A stretch of DNA of 64,000 bases from Vicinamibacterales bacterium (lineage in GTDB: Bacteria > Acidobacteriota > Vicinamibacteria > Vicinamibacterales > 2-12-FULL-66-21), in NCBI GenBank assembly GCA_036496585.1, contig DASXLB010000068.1, positions 10,781 to 74,780 of the forward strand, given 5' to 3'. The notes under the pieces are model-generated. The model was not told where the DNA came from, searched no databases, and saw only the letters and a program-made list of their open reading frames with translations. Made by a program: the position numbers and the translations under genes. Shown one piece after another: positions 1 to 8,762 of this stretch (within the stretch, counting starts at the first letter, position 1; every line of letters starts with the position of its first letter).

Positions 1-1
1 C

Positions 2-292
2 GTCGAAGCGGAAGACGGGCTGTCGGCGCTCGAGCGCTTCGCCCTCGACAAGCCGGATCTCGTGCTGCTCGATCTGGTGATGAAGGGGATGTACGGCCTC
101 GACGTGCTGTCGAAACTGCGCGAACTCGACCCGGACGCGCGGGTGATCGTGATGACGGCGGACATCCAGACGTCGTCGCGCGAGATGGTGCAGTCGGCCG
201 GTGCGTCGGCGTTCCTGAACAAGCCGGCCGCCGCCACCACCGTCATCGACGTCGTTGGCCGCGTGCTGAGAGGAGAAGAAAGTTGGAACTGA
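2..292 (+). CDS. CheY-like response-regulator receiver protein, 5'-truncated by window edge
   Basis: Frame open from the window edge to TGA 290-292. Translation ...DKPDLVLLDLVMKGMYGLDVL...VIVMTAD...FLNKP shows receiver phospho-Asp, T and K-P motifs. Confidence 0.85.
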   Translation, partial: VEAEDGLSALERFALDKPDLVLLDLVMKGMYGLDVLSKLRELDPDARVIVMTADIQTSSREMVQSAGASAFLNKPAAATTVIDVVGRVLRGEESWN

Positions 293-903
293 CGCCGGCA
301 CAGCACGACGCGCTGATCGAGCTGCTCAACATCGGCTTCGGGCGCGCTGCGGCGTCGCTGTCAGAGCTGACCGGGCACCGCGTTCTGCTCGACGTCCCCA
401 ATGTATCGGTGCACCCGATCGAAGAGCTCAGCGCCGCGCTGCGGCAGGTGGTCGAGGACGAGGTCGCCAGCGTCCATCAGATCTTCTCCGGCCCGGTGGG
501 CGGCGACGCGCTGCTGATCCTCGATCACCGCGCCGCCGGCATGCTGAAGGAGCTGCTCACCAACGAGCCGCCGCTGCCCTTGCCGATCGATCCGTCCGCC
601 CGCGAGGTCCTGACCGAAGTCGGCAATATCCTGCTCAACGCCTGTCTCGGCACCTTCGGCAACATTCTCAAGGTCCAGGTGTCGTTCTCGGTGCCGCACC
701 TGAATCTCGACACGCTGCACGAGGTGATGCGCAGCCTGCTGATCAACCGCGAGGGTCTCCGCTACGCGCTCGTCGTGCACGCCGGTTTCAAGCTGCGCGA
801 CGCGGAGGTGCGCGGCTACCTGGTCATCGTGTTGAGCGTCGCCTCGCTCGACCGCCTCATTCGCGCGGTCGAAGAGTGGGAGCGGGAACAGGGTACGCTG
901 TGA
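283..903 (+). CDS. CheC/CheX/FliY-family chemotaxis phosphatase-like protein
   Basis: TTG 283 lies 6 nt after AGGAGA (271-276). Two D/E-x3-E-x2-N motifs (DALIELLN, EVLTEVGN) are typical of CheC-like proteins. Confidence 0.7.
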   Translation: MELTPAQHDALIELLNIGFGRAAASLSELTGHRVLLDVPNVSVHPIEELSAALRQVVEDEVASVHQIFSGPVGGDALLILDHRAAGMLKELLTNEPPLPLPIDPSAREVLTEVGNILLNACLGTFGNILKVQVSFSVPHLNLDTLHEVMRSLLINREGLRYALVVHAGFKLRDAEVRGYLVIVLSVASLDRLIRAVEEWEREQGTL

Positions 904-2501
904 GCGACCGCGCCGCCGCCGTCGATCCGGTCCAGGCCGCGACGCTGCGCTGGCTCGACGAGCTGTCCGAGGAGGGGATCTTCACCACCGATACCCAGCT
1001 CGTGGTGAGGAGCTGGAACCGGTTCATGAGCGAGCTCACCGGCGTGCAGCCCGAGGCGGCCATCGGCCAACCGCTCCTCGACCTGCTGCCCGAGCTGGCG
1101 GAGCGGCGGACGGACGCGCACTACCGAGCCGCGCTGGCCGGCGAAGCGCGCGTGCTGGCGCACCGGTTCCACCGCTATCTCGTCGCCGACCGCGGCGGTG
1201 CCGGCGAGCCGGCACAGAGCGCGCGGATCACGCCGCTCGAACACGACGGCGCCATCATCGGCACGCTCACCGTCATCAGCGACGTCAGCGAACGGATTGC
1301 GAGCGAGCGCGAGCTGCGCTCGCGGATCGAGTTTGCCGAGACGGCGCGCGCCATCGCCGAAGACGCCGTCCGCGTCAAGGACGAGTTCCTCGCCACGCTG
1401 TCGCACGAGATTCGGACGCCGCTCAACGCCGTCCTCGGCTGGACCAAGATCCTGCTGGCGCGGCCGCTCGATCAGGCGTTGACTACGCGCGCGCTGCAGA
1501 TCATCGACCGCAACGCGAGCGCACAGACCCGCCTCATCGACGACATGCTCGACATGGCGCGCATCATGAGCGGCAAGCTGCGCCTCGAGACGCAGCCGGT
1601 CGATCTGGCTGCCATCGCGGGCGCCGCCATCGATGTCGTCGCGCCCACTGCGGCCGTCAAGGGGCTGACGCTCGTCGCCGACATCGGGACCGCCCGGCCG
1701 TGGATGATGGGGGACGCCGATCGCCTGCAGCAGATCGTCTGGAACCTGCTGTCGAACGCCATCAAGTTCACCGAACGCGGGGGCACCATCACGCTGTCGC
1801 TGGCGCGTGACAACGCCTGGCTGACGCTGCGGGTCAGCGACACCGGCCGCGGCATCGAGGCCGACTTCCTGCCGCAGATCTTCGAGCGGTTCCGTCAGGC
1901 CGACGCGTCGGCGAGCCGGCGCCACGGCGGGCTGGGCCTCGGGCTGCCGCTGGTCCGGACGCTGACCGAACTGCACGGCGGTTCCGTCAGCGCGTCGAGC
2001 GAGCCGGGCCGCGGCAGCGCCTTCACCGTGACGTTCCCAGGGCGAACGGAACTGACCGACGCAGAGTCGATGGCTGCCGTCGCCGCCGATGCCGACCGCG
2101 TGCTGCCCGGCGTCCGCGTGCTGCTGGTCGAGGATCAGCAGGATTCGCGCGACATGATTGTCGCCGCGCTCCAGCACTACGGCGTCGACGTCACGGAGGC
2201 GGGCACCTCGCGTGAAGCGCTTGAGTCGCTCGACGCCGCCCTGGCGGCCCATCGTCCACCCGCGGCGATCATCTCCGACATCGGCCTGCCGGGTGAAGAC
2301 GGCTTCCACCTGATGGAGCTGCTGCGGGCACGGCCGCCGTCGCGCGGGGGCGGCATTCCGGTGATCGCCGTGACCGCCTACGGGCACCCGCAGGACAAGC
2401 GGCGGGCGCTCGCGGCCGGCTTCAGCCTGCACCTGACGAAACCGGTCGATCCGGGGGAACTCGCGTCCGCGCTCGCCGGCATCATCCGCAGCCGCGGCTG
2501 A
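900..2501 (+). CDS. PAS-domain hybrid sensor histidine kinase / response regulator
   Basis: GTG 900 overlaps the CheC stop (GTGA); the ORF track starts at 876. H-box LATLSHEIRTPLN, NLLSNAIKFT, DTGRGI, GGLGLGL. C-terminal receiver VLLVEDQ...SDIGLPGEDG...LTKP. Confidence 0.9.
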   Translation: MSDRAAAVDPVQAATLRWLDELSEEGIFTTDTQLVVRSWNRFMSELTGVQPEAAIGQPLLDLLPELAERRTDAHYRAALAGEARVLAHRFHRYLVADRGGAGEPAQSARITPLEHDGAIIGTLTVISDVSERIASERELRSRIEFAETARAIAEDAVRVKDEFLATLSHEIRTPLNAVLGWTKILLARPLDQALTTRALQIIDRNASAQTRLIDDMLDMARIMSGKLRLETQPVDLAAIAGAAIDVVAPTAAVKGLTLVADIGTARPWMMGDADRLQQIVWNLLSNAIKFTERGGTITLSLARDNAWLTLRVSDTGRGIEADFLPQIFERFRQADASASRRHGGLGLGLPLVRTLTELHGGSVSASSEPGRGSAFTVTFPGRTELTDAESMAAVAADADRVLPGVRVLLVEDQQDSRDMIVAALQHYGVDVTEAGTSREALESLDAALAAHRPPAAIISDIGLPGEDGFHLMELLRARPPSRGGGIPVIAVTAYGHPQDKRRALAAGFSLHLTKPVDPGELASALAGIIRSRG

Positions 2502-2525
2502 CGCGAGCCGCGGCCGAGACTGATC

Positions 2526-2531
2526 TAGAAT
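2526..2531 (+). promoter_or_regulatory. -10-like box TAGAAT, 7 nt before ATG 2539 (leaderless candidate)
   Basis: TAGAAT hexamer. The 7-nt gap GCCCTCC has no Shine-Dalgarno sequence. Confidence 0.4.
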
Positions 2532-2538
2532 GCCCTCC

Positions 2539-2976
2539 ATGAGCGCCGCTCCGCAGAACTACAAGAACCACACGAAGATCGTCCCCATCTACCACTTTTT
2601 CGCGCTTCCGGTCGCGGCCGCGAACGCGGTCACGCTGGTCGTCCGCGCCATCTTCCATTTCTCGTGGGACACCGCCATTGCGGCGCTGATGGGCATCGCG
2701 CTGGTATTGATGTTCCTGCTGGCGCGGATCTTCGCGCTGACCGTGCAGGATCGCGTCATCCGGCTCGAGATGCGGCTGCGGCTGCGCGAACTGCTGCCGT
2801 CCGACCAGCATCCACGCATCGCCGAACTGACCCGCGATCAGCTCGTCGCCCTGCGATTTGCCGGCGACGCGGAGCTGCCGGCGCTCGCGCGCCGGGTGCT
2901 CGACGAGAGGCTGACCGACCGCAAGGCCATCAAACAGCTCATTCGCGACTGGGAAGTGGACAGTCTTCGAGCGTGA
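2539..2976 (+). CDS. small membrane protein, DUF6526-like
   Basis: ORF track 2530..2976. Two hydrophobic helices then a charged tail (NYKNHTKIVPIYHFF...). ATG 2539 is preferred because of the upstream TAGAAT. The family call is by eye. Confidence 0.7.
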   Translation: MSAAPQNYKNHTKIVPIYHFFALPVAAANAVTLVVRAIFHFSWDTAIAALMGIALVLMFLLARIFALTVQDRVIRLEMRLRLRELLPSDQHPRIAELTRDQLVALRFAGDAELPALARRVLDERLTDRKAIKQLIRDWEVDSLRA

Positions 2977-4029
2977 TCACCAGATGTCGCCGACCGTGAA
3001 GCCGTCGGGAAACGGGTCTGTCGGGTCGACCGTGTACTGGGCGATGCCGGTGATCCAGGCGGTCCCCGAGAGCTCCGGCACGACCGCGCGATAGGGGCCG
3101 ACCGTCGTCTCCTCGAGCAGCATGCCGGTGAACACGGTCCCCAGGATTCCCTCGTGGCGGAACGGCTCGCCGATCGGGAGCAGCCCTCGCGCGTGAAGCG
3201 TCGCCATCCTGGCGCACGTGCCGGTTCCGCATGGCGACCTATCGAGCGCGCCGGTCCAGGTGGACGGACGGTTCCAGTCGAGCGCGCCGGTGGAGACGAT
3301 CACCGCATTGCGGCGGTGATTCGCGTTCGACAGCGCCGGCCCCGAAAGCTGCGCGATGGTCACATCCTTGACGGCGGGATTGTCCGGATGCGACACGGGC
3401 AGCTGTTCCCGCGCCGCGGTCTTGATCATTTCGCCGATGCGGGTGATCTCGCGCCCTTCGTCGGGGGTGAGCGCGAGGCCGAAGGCCGCGGCGTCTGCGA
3501 TCACATAGAACATGCCGCCCCAGGCGACGTCCACGCGGATCCGGCCGAGCGTCGGCACGTCGACCTCAACGTCGAGATGCACGGCGAACGCCGGCACGTT
3601 GCGAAACGTTACCTGCGTCACCTTGCCGTCGCGGCAGTCGGCCCGGACGCGGATCAGCCCGGCGGGCGCTTCGAGTGTCAGCTCGGTCACCGGCTCCCGC
3701 ATCGGGATCATGCCGGTCTCGAGCAGCGCCGTCGTCACGCAAATCGTGTTCGTGCCAGACATCGGCGGGTATTCGACCTGCTCCATGATGACGAAGCCGG
3801 CATCCGCGTCGGGGTGCGCGGATGGCAGTACCAGATTGCAGTTGGCGGCAGGATAGCCGCGCGGCTCGCGCAGCATGCGAAGCCGCAGCCCGTCCTGGTG
3901 CCGCGCCAGGTGCTGCATCTTCTCGAACATCGTCCGGCCCGGCACGTCGCGGACGCCGCCGACGATGACCCGGCCAGGCTCGCCGCCCGCATGCAGGTCG
4001 ATGGCGTGAACAAGCGACGAGAGGCGCAT
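2977..4029 (-). CDS. proline racemase / hydroxyproline epimerase superfamily enzyme (Ser/Cys catalytic pair)
   Basis: N-terminal HAGGEPGRVIVGG. Catalytic-loop motifs PMSGTNTI and DRSPCGTGTCA. 350 aa. Confidence 0.9.
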   Translation of the reverse strand: MRLSSLVHAIDLHAGGEPGRVIVGGVRDVPGRTMFEKMQHLARHQDGLRLRMLREPRGYPAANCNLVLPSAHPDADAGFVIMEQVEYPPMSGTNTICVTTALLETGMIPMREPVTELTLEAPAGLIRVRADCRDGKVTQVTFRNVPAFAVHLDVEVDVPTLGRIRVDVAWGGMFYVIADAAAFGLALTPDEGREITRIGEMIKTAAREQLPVSHPDNPAVKDVTIAQLSGPALSNANHRRNAVIVSTGALDWNRPSTWTGALDRSPCGTGTCARMATLHARGLLPIGEPFRHEGILGTVFTGMLLEETTVGPYRAVVPELSGTAWITGIAQYTVDPTDPFPDGFTVGDIW

Positions 4030-4039
4030 GAACGCGGCG

Positions 4040-4045
4040 ATCCTA
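4040..4045 (-). promoter_or_regulatory. -10-like box TAGGAT (minus strand), 10 nt before ATG 4029
   Basis: Plus-strand ATCCTA is TAGGAT on the minus strand. No SD between it and the start. Confidence 0.35.
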
Positions 4046-4085
4046 TCACCCGCACGCGCGGGCTCCGGCGGATCTGCGCTCCGAC

Positions 4086-4091
4086 TACAAT
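4086..4091 (+). promoter_or_regulatory. -10 box TACAAT, 6 nt before GTG 4098 (leaderless candidate)
   Basis: Near-consensus TACAAT. Gap is CGATTG, with no SD. Confidence 0.45.
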
Positions 4092-4094
4092 CGA

Positions 4095-4676
4095 TTGGTG
4101 TCTCCAGAACTCGGCCTGATCATTGCGCCGCGGACGACCTACGCGGCGCTCGTGCGGCTGCCGGCGCACGCGTCATTTCTCCTGGCGCTTCGGCGGCCGC
4201 TGCTCGTCGCGATCGTCCTGGGCGTGTCGGTGGCGATCTCGGCGACGCATGCCGTGAATCCGTTGCTCGTCGCGAGCACGACGATTGCGTGGAGTTATGT
4301 GGTGGCGCTGCAGATGGCCATCGCGCTGCCGCTTGTGGCGGGCCCGTCGCGGCGCACGGTCGGGCTGCCACGCGCCCTCGATCTCTTCTTCGCCGGGCAC
4401 GCGCCCTGGTCGCTCTTTGCGCTGCTCGTCGCCGCCTGGGGACTGGCCACGTCGACGGAGTCGATCTGGCCGATCGTCGCGGCGGCGCTCCTGCCGTGTG
4501 CGCTGACCGCCCGGATCGTCCACGCGTTCTTCCGGGAGGTGCTCGCGCTCGACGCCGCGGCGGCGTTGCGGCGGACGGTGACGCAGCAGGCCCTCACCTG
4601 GGCGATCGTGGTCGCCATCAACTGGGCGGCCAGCGCATTCACGCCGCGGCTGATCGAGCTGGGTCGGCAGCTGTGA
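4095..4676 (+). CDS. polytopic membrane protein, family not recognised
   Basis: About 5 hydrophobic helices and strong third-position GC bias. Start is TTG 4095 or GTG 4098. The stop overlaps the downstream GTG (GTGA). Confidence 0.7.
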   Translation: MVSPELGLIIAPRTTYAALVRLPAHASFLLALRRPLLVAIVLGVSVAISATHAVNPLLVASTTIAWSYVVALQMAIALPLVAGPSRRTVGLPRALDLFFAGHAPWSLFALLVAAWGLATSTESIWPIVAAALLPCALTARIVHAFFREVLALDAAAALRRTVTQQALTWAIVVAINWAASAFTPRLIELGRQL

Positions 4677-5551
4677 ACGCCCGTCGGGCCAGGACCCTCA
4701 GTCTCCTCGTGCTCGCCGCCGGCATCGTCCTCGGCGGCGTGAAGGGGGACGACTCTGCGCCCGGACCTCTCGTGAGCGGTGAGTACACGGTTCTCGCCGG
4801 CGACTTTCACGTCCACAGCTCCCCTGACGCCATGACGCCGTGGGATGCGGCGAGCGAGGCGCGGCGGCGACGCCTCGACGTCATCGCCTTGACGAGCCAC
4901 AATTCGATGGCCGGCTGGTGGCTCTGGCGGCACGCGCCGTGGCGGGAACCCGGCGTGATGGTGCTGCCGGGAGAAGAGCTGACGGGCGTGGGCTATCACA
5001 TGGCGCTTGTCGGTCTCTCGACGACGGTCGCCTGGCACCAGAGCCCGGCCGCCGCCGCCGCCGCCGCGCACGCACAGGGGGCGGTCGCCATTCTGGCGCA
5101 CCCGATGACCGCGCGTCCCTACGCGACCACCGACGAAGACCTGCGCGCGCTCGACGGGATGGAACTCGTGCCGGCGCCGCCGCCGTCGACGCGGGACTGG
5201 GCGCGCCAGAAGTTCGTCGGGTTGTACGCCCGGGCGTCAGCGGGGCGGCGCGTGGCGATCATCGGCTCGTCCGACTACCACTACTCGGCGCCGATCGGGC
5301 TGTCGCGAACGTATGTCTTCGTGCGCGATGTGTCGCCGGCGGGTGTGCTCGAGGCGATCCGCTCGGCGCGCACGGTCGCCTGCGACTTGCGTGGGGTGAC
5401 CGACGGCCCCTCCGATCTCGCGGCCATCGTCGCGGCGCGCTGCCGGGCGGACGCGCTCGCGGCTCCGGTCGGCGACTCGCCGTGGGCGCGGCTGGGGATG
5501 CCGCTCAGCTGGGGCGCCCTTGTCGCCCTCGTCCTGCTCGGCGCAGCCTAG
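4673..5551 (+). CDS. PHP-domain (CehA/McbA-like) metal-dependent phosphoesterase, membrane anchored
   Basis: GTG 4673 overlaps the upstream stop. N-terminal TM, then GDFHVHSSPD, ALTSHNS, GEE, ILAHP, SSDYH ligand pattern. C-terminal TM. Confidence 0.8.
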   Translation: MNARRARTLSLLVLAAGIVLGGVKGDDSAPGPLVSGEYTVLAGDFHVHSSPDAMTPWDAASEARRRRLDVIALTSHNSMAGWWLWRHAPWREPGVMVLPGEELTGVGYHMALVGLSTTVAWHQSPAAAAAAAHAQGAVAILAHPMTARPYATTDEDLRALDGMELVPAPPPSTRDWARQKFVGLYARASAGRRVAIIGSSDYHYSAPIGLSRTYVFVRDVSPAGVLEAIRSARTVACDLRGVTDGPSDLAAIVAARCRADALAAPVGDSPWARLGMPLSWGALVALVLLGAA

Positions 5552-5554
5552 AAT
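5549..5554 (+). promoter_or_regulatory. -10-like box TAGAAT, 11 nt before ATG 5566
   Basis: TAGAAT, whose TAG is the PHP gene stop. No SD in the gap AACGGCGTTCG. Confidence 0.35.
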
Positions 5555-5565
5555 AACGGCGTTCG

Positions 5566-7323
5566 ATGTCGAGCGAGTTGCAACAGCGTCTTCTCGCCCT
5601 GGTGTCCCGCGCCGGTCACCTGCTCGGATCGCCGCGCATGGAAGACGTCCTCCCAGGCATCCTGGCAGTCGCGTCCGAAAGCCTGCTCGCCGACGGCTAC
5701 GCGGTCTGGCGGCTGGATCGGGCCCGTGGCCGTTGGGTGATCGCCTCGCACGCCGGCGTCTCTGAAACGTTCGCGTCCGGCGGCATTTCGACGTACCTGG
5801 GCCAGTCGGCGATGCCGATGAAGATGCAGCCGATCGTGGCCGAGGACGTCCGCGCCACGCCGACGCTCGCGCAACGGGCCGCCGCCTACGAGCAGGAGGG
5901 CATCGTTTCAATCCTCGCCGTGCCGCTCGCCGTCGACGTGGACGGGGACGGCACGCTGGTGTTCTACTGGCGCGCGCGACGGACCCTCGCGTCCGACGAC
6001 GTCGAGCTCGGGGCGGCGCTGGCGCACCTGGCCGGCGCGGCGCTCAGGACCGCCGATCTGCACGCCGAGCAGCTGCGGGCCGAGCGCCAGACGCGCTTCC
6101 TCGCCGAGGCGGCCGGCGCGCTCGCGAGCTCGCTCGACTACGGCCAGACGCTCCAGACGATGGCGCAGCTGGCGGTTCCGCACATCGCCGACTGGTGCGC
6201 CATCGACATCGTCGACGCCGCCGGCGCGGTCGAGCTGCTGGCGCTGAGCCATGTCGATCCGGCGCGGGTCGCGATGGCGCGCGCCTTCGCGACGAAGTAT
6301 CCACCGGATCCGCAGTCGCCGACCGGCACACTCGCGGTCATCCGCACGGGAAAGCCCGAGCTCCTGCCGCTCCTGACCGACGAGATGATCGAGCGGGGCG
6401 GCCGCAGCGACGAGCACCGCGCCGACGTGCGCGCGCTGGGCATCGCCTCGTTCATGATCGTGCCGCTTCGGACCCGACGCGGCATCGTCGGCGCGATGAC
6501 CTTCGTAGCCGCGGAGTCGCGCCGCTCCTTCACGCCCGCCGACTTGCGCTTCGCCGAGACCGTCGCCGATCGGGCGGCCGTGGCGATCGACAATGCCCGC
6601 GCCTACGACGAGGCGCAGCGCGCCAATCGCGTCAAGGACGAATTCCTGGCGACCCTCTCGCACGAGCTGCGGACGCCGCTCAACGCCATCCTCGGCTATG
6701 CCCAGATGCTGCGCGGGGGAGCGATCGCCGCCGAACGGCATGAGGCAGCGCTCGAAGTGATCGAGCGCAACGCGCAGGTGCTGACGCAGCTCGTCGGCGA
6801 CATCCTCGACGTGTCGCGGATCGTCTCTGGCAAGATGAAGCTCTCGGTGCAGGCCGTCGAGCTTGGACCGCTGTTCGCCGACGCACTCGGCACCGTCCTG
6901 CCGGCCGCTGAGCGCCGCGGCATCCGGCTCACGTCGCGCGTCGCCCCAGATCTCGTGACGGTCCACGCCGACCCGGATCGGCTGCGGCAGGTGCTGTGGA
7001 ACCTGCTGACCAACGCCGTCAAGTTCACACCGGCGGGCGGGCGCGTCGAGGTGAACGCCGCGCGGGTGGCGCCGGACGGCGTCGAGCTGACGGTGATCGA
7101 TACCGGGCGCGGCATCTCGACCGATTTCATGCCGTTCCTCTTCGAGCGGTTCCGGCAGGCCGACGGGCCGTACTCGCGCGAGCATGGCGGGCTCGGACTC
7201 GGACTGTCGATCGCGCGCAACATCGTCGAGATGCACGGCGGCACGATCCACGCGGAAAGCGAGGGCGACGGACGCGGCGCGACGTTCCGCGTCCGGCTGC
7301 CGGATCCTGCTCCCTCCTCTTAG
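5566..7323 (+). CDS. GAF-domain sensor histidine kinase
   Basis: Two GAF-like regions. H-box LATLSHELRTPLN, NLLTNAVKFT, DTGRGI, GGLGLGLSI. Confidence 0.9.
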   Translation: MSSELQQRLLALVSRAGHLLGSPRMEDVLPGILAVASESLLADGYAVWRLDRARGRWVIASHAGVSETFASGGISTYLGQSAMPMKMQPIVAEDVRATPTLAQRAAAYEQEGIVSILAVPLAVDVDGDGTLVFYWRARRTLASDDVELGAALAHLAGAALRTADLHAEQLRAERQTRFLAEAAGALASSLDYGQTLQTMAQLAVPHIADWCAIDIVDAAGAVELLALSHVDPARVAMARAFATKYPPDPQSPTGTLAVIRTGKPELLPLLTDEMIERGGRSDEHRADVRALGIASFMIVPLRTRRGIVGAMTFVAAESRRSFTPADLRFAETVADRAAVAIDNARAYDEAQRANRVKDEFLATLSHELRTPLNAILGYAQMLRGGAIAAERHEAALEVIERNAQVLTQLVGDILDVSRIVSGKMKLSVQAVELGPLFADALGTVLPAAERRGIRLTSRVAPDLVTVHADPDRLRQVLWNLLTNAVKFTPAGGRVEVNAARVAPDGVELTVIDTGRGISTDFMPFLFERFRQADGPYSREHGGLGLGLSIARNIVEMHGGTIHAESEGDGRGATFRVRLPDPAPSS

Positions 7324-8084
7324 TCGGCGCCCGCCTTCTTCGAGTGCACCGCGAACGCCGCGCCCTGCGGATCGACGCACTGCGCGATGCGATCGCCGCC
7401 CGGCACGTCCATCGGCCCGTTGACGACCGTGCCGCCGTTGGCCTTCACCCGCTCGGCGGCGGCGTCCGCGCTCTCGACCCGCACGTAGGGCAGCCACGCC
7501 GGCGCGCCCGGCATTGCGGCCGGCTTGTCGAACATGCCCCCGGATTCGACGCCGCCAACGCCAAACAGCATGTAGACGCCCATCGGTCCCATGTCGTGCT
7601 CGTTGCGCTTTTCCCAGCCGAACAGCTGCTCGTAGAAGGTCCAGGCCCCGCGCCAGTCGGTGGTGGCCAGCTCGTGCCACGAGAACTCGCCCGGTTTCGC
7701 GGCGGTGTCCTCCGTCGGCCGGTCGGTTTCCCACGAGAACAGGCAGAACATCGCGCCTTGAGGATCGGCAAGAATCGCAAAGCGGCCGACCGTCGGTATC
7801 GACGCCGGCGGCTTGACGATGCGGCCGCCGAGCGACTGCGCCACCGCGGCGGCCGCATCGACGTCCGGAACTGTGATGTACGCCACCCAGCCGATGGGTG
7901 CAGAGGGATCCGGGAGTGCCATCACGCCGCCAAGCGGCGTGCCGTTCGCGACCCACATCAGGTATGCGTCGCCGAAGGGCTGGGTGCTCCACCCAGTCAC
8001 CGCGCTGTAGAAGGTCTTCGCCGCCGCCGGGTCCGGCGTCATCAGGTCGTGCCACACGAATCGTCCACGCTTGGCTGCCGTCAT
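7320..8084 (-). CDS. VOC (glyoxalase/bleomycin-resistance) family protein, two-domain
   Basis: Tandem halves FVWHDLMT... and FSWHELAT.... SD GGAGGA lies 6 nt upstream of ATG 8084. Confidence 0.85.
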   Translation of the reverse strand: MTAAKRGRFVWHDLMTPDPAAAKTFYSAVTGWSTQPFGDAYLMWVANGTPLGGVMALPDPSAPIGWVAYITVPDVDAAAAVAQSLGGRIVKPPASIPTVGRFAILADPQGAMFCLFSWETDRPTEDTAAKPGEFSWHELATTDWRGAWTFYEQLFGWEKRNEHDMGPMGVYMLFGVGGVESGGMFDKPAAMPGAPAWLPYVRVESADAAAERVKANGGTVVNGPMDVPGGDRIAQCVDPQGAAFAVHSKKAGAD

Positions 8085-8269
8085 TCGTCGTCCTCCAAAC
8101 GCCGATTATCGATCCGATTCCGACACTCTTCCGACGTCATTTTGCACGCCAGCGGCCGCGTGCGGCGAATCGTGACGCGAGCCGCGTGACGAATGGACGC
8201 CGCGGCCCCGTCGCCGGTGAGCCTCGTACCTCGTTTGGCGCCGCTCGTCACAAAGGTCATCGCGCCCGC

Positions 8270-8656
8270 ATGGACCCGCGCGCCTTCTACGAGAACCAGG
8301 GGCCGTGGGGATTCAACTTCGGCGGCAACTACATCTTGCGCCAGGGCTACAGCGAGATGTTCTACGCCCACAACGTGGCGACCGACGATCCGGTCTATTC
8401 CGCGAAAGACGTGCTCGTCATTCCCAACAAGGTCGGCGACTACCGTCTGCCGGCGGTGCAGTCGCTCCACGCGCGCGTCGAGAAGGCGTTCACGATCCAA
8501 CGGATGCACCTCCTGCTGGACCTCGACGTATTCAACCTGCTCAATTTCGGCACCGTGCTGGGGCGGATCTACGACGTGCGGTCGTCGCTGTTCAACCAGC
8601 CGGCCGAGATCATGAACCCGCGCATCGCGCGCTTCGGCCTGCGCGTGCAGTTCTAG
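8270..8656 (+). pseudogene. C-terminal relic (~128 aa) of a TonB-dependent receptor
   Basis: ...LLLDLDVFNLLNFGTVLGR...NPRIARFGLRVQF matches only the last barrel strands and terminal Phe of a TBDR. No plug or barrel sequence appears upstream in any frame. Confidence 0.7.
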
Positions 8657-8663
8657 CAGGGGT

Positions 8664-8702
8664 GCGGGCGCGCGGACGCTTGACGGCGATCCGCGTGCCC
8701 GC
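8664..8702 (+). terminator. 13-bp stem-loop after the TBDR relic (no T-tract)
   Basis: GCGGGCGCGCGGA-N13-TCCGCGTGCCCGC, with one mismatch. Confidence 0.3.
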
Positions 8703-8746
8703 GCCAGGCGAGACTGCGGTGGTGACTGGCCGGACCGACAACGGGC

Positions 8747-8752
8747 TAGAAT
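8747..8752 (+). promoter_or_regulatory. -10-like box TAGAAT, 10 nt before ATG 8763
   Basis: TAGAAT. Gap CACACACCCC has no SD. Confidence 0.4.
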
Positions 8753-8762
8753 CACACACCCC

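Noticed and set aside
816-2540. 574-aa minus-strand ORF antisense to the PAS hybrid kinase. Similar long antisense ORFs: 5908..8055(-), 9830..11869(-), 13907..15586(+), 16714..19245(+), 32415..34796(-), 44694..46745(-), 49554..51320(-), 53138..54820(-), 59010..59978(-), 62964..63983(-).
   Set aside because: All are Arg/Gly/Asp/His/Pro-rich with no recognisable motifs. They mirror a strand that encodes clear, motif-bearing proteins. Long stop-free antisense frames are expected at this GC content.
4028-4672. N-terminal 215 codons of the 507-aa ORF 4028..5551
   Set aside because: This part is Arg/Ala-rich junk overlapping the better membrane-protein ORF 4095..4676 in another frame. PHP-domain similarity starts only after the internal GTG 4673, which overlaps the upstream stop.
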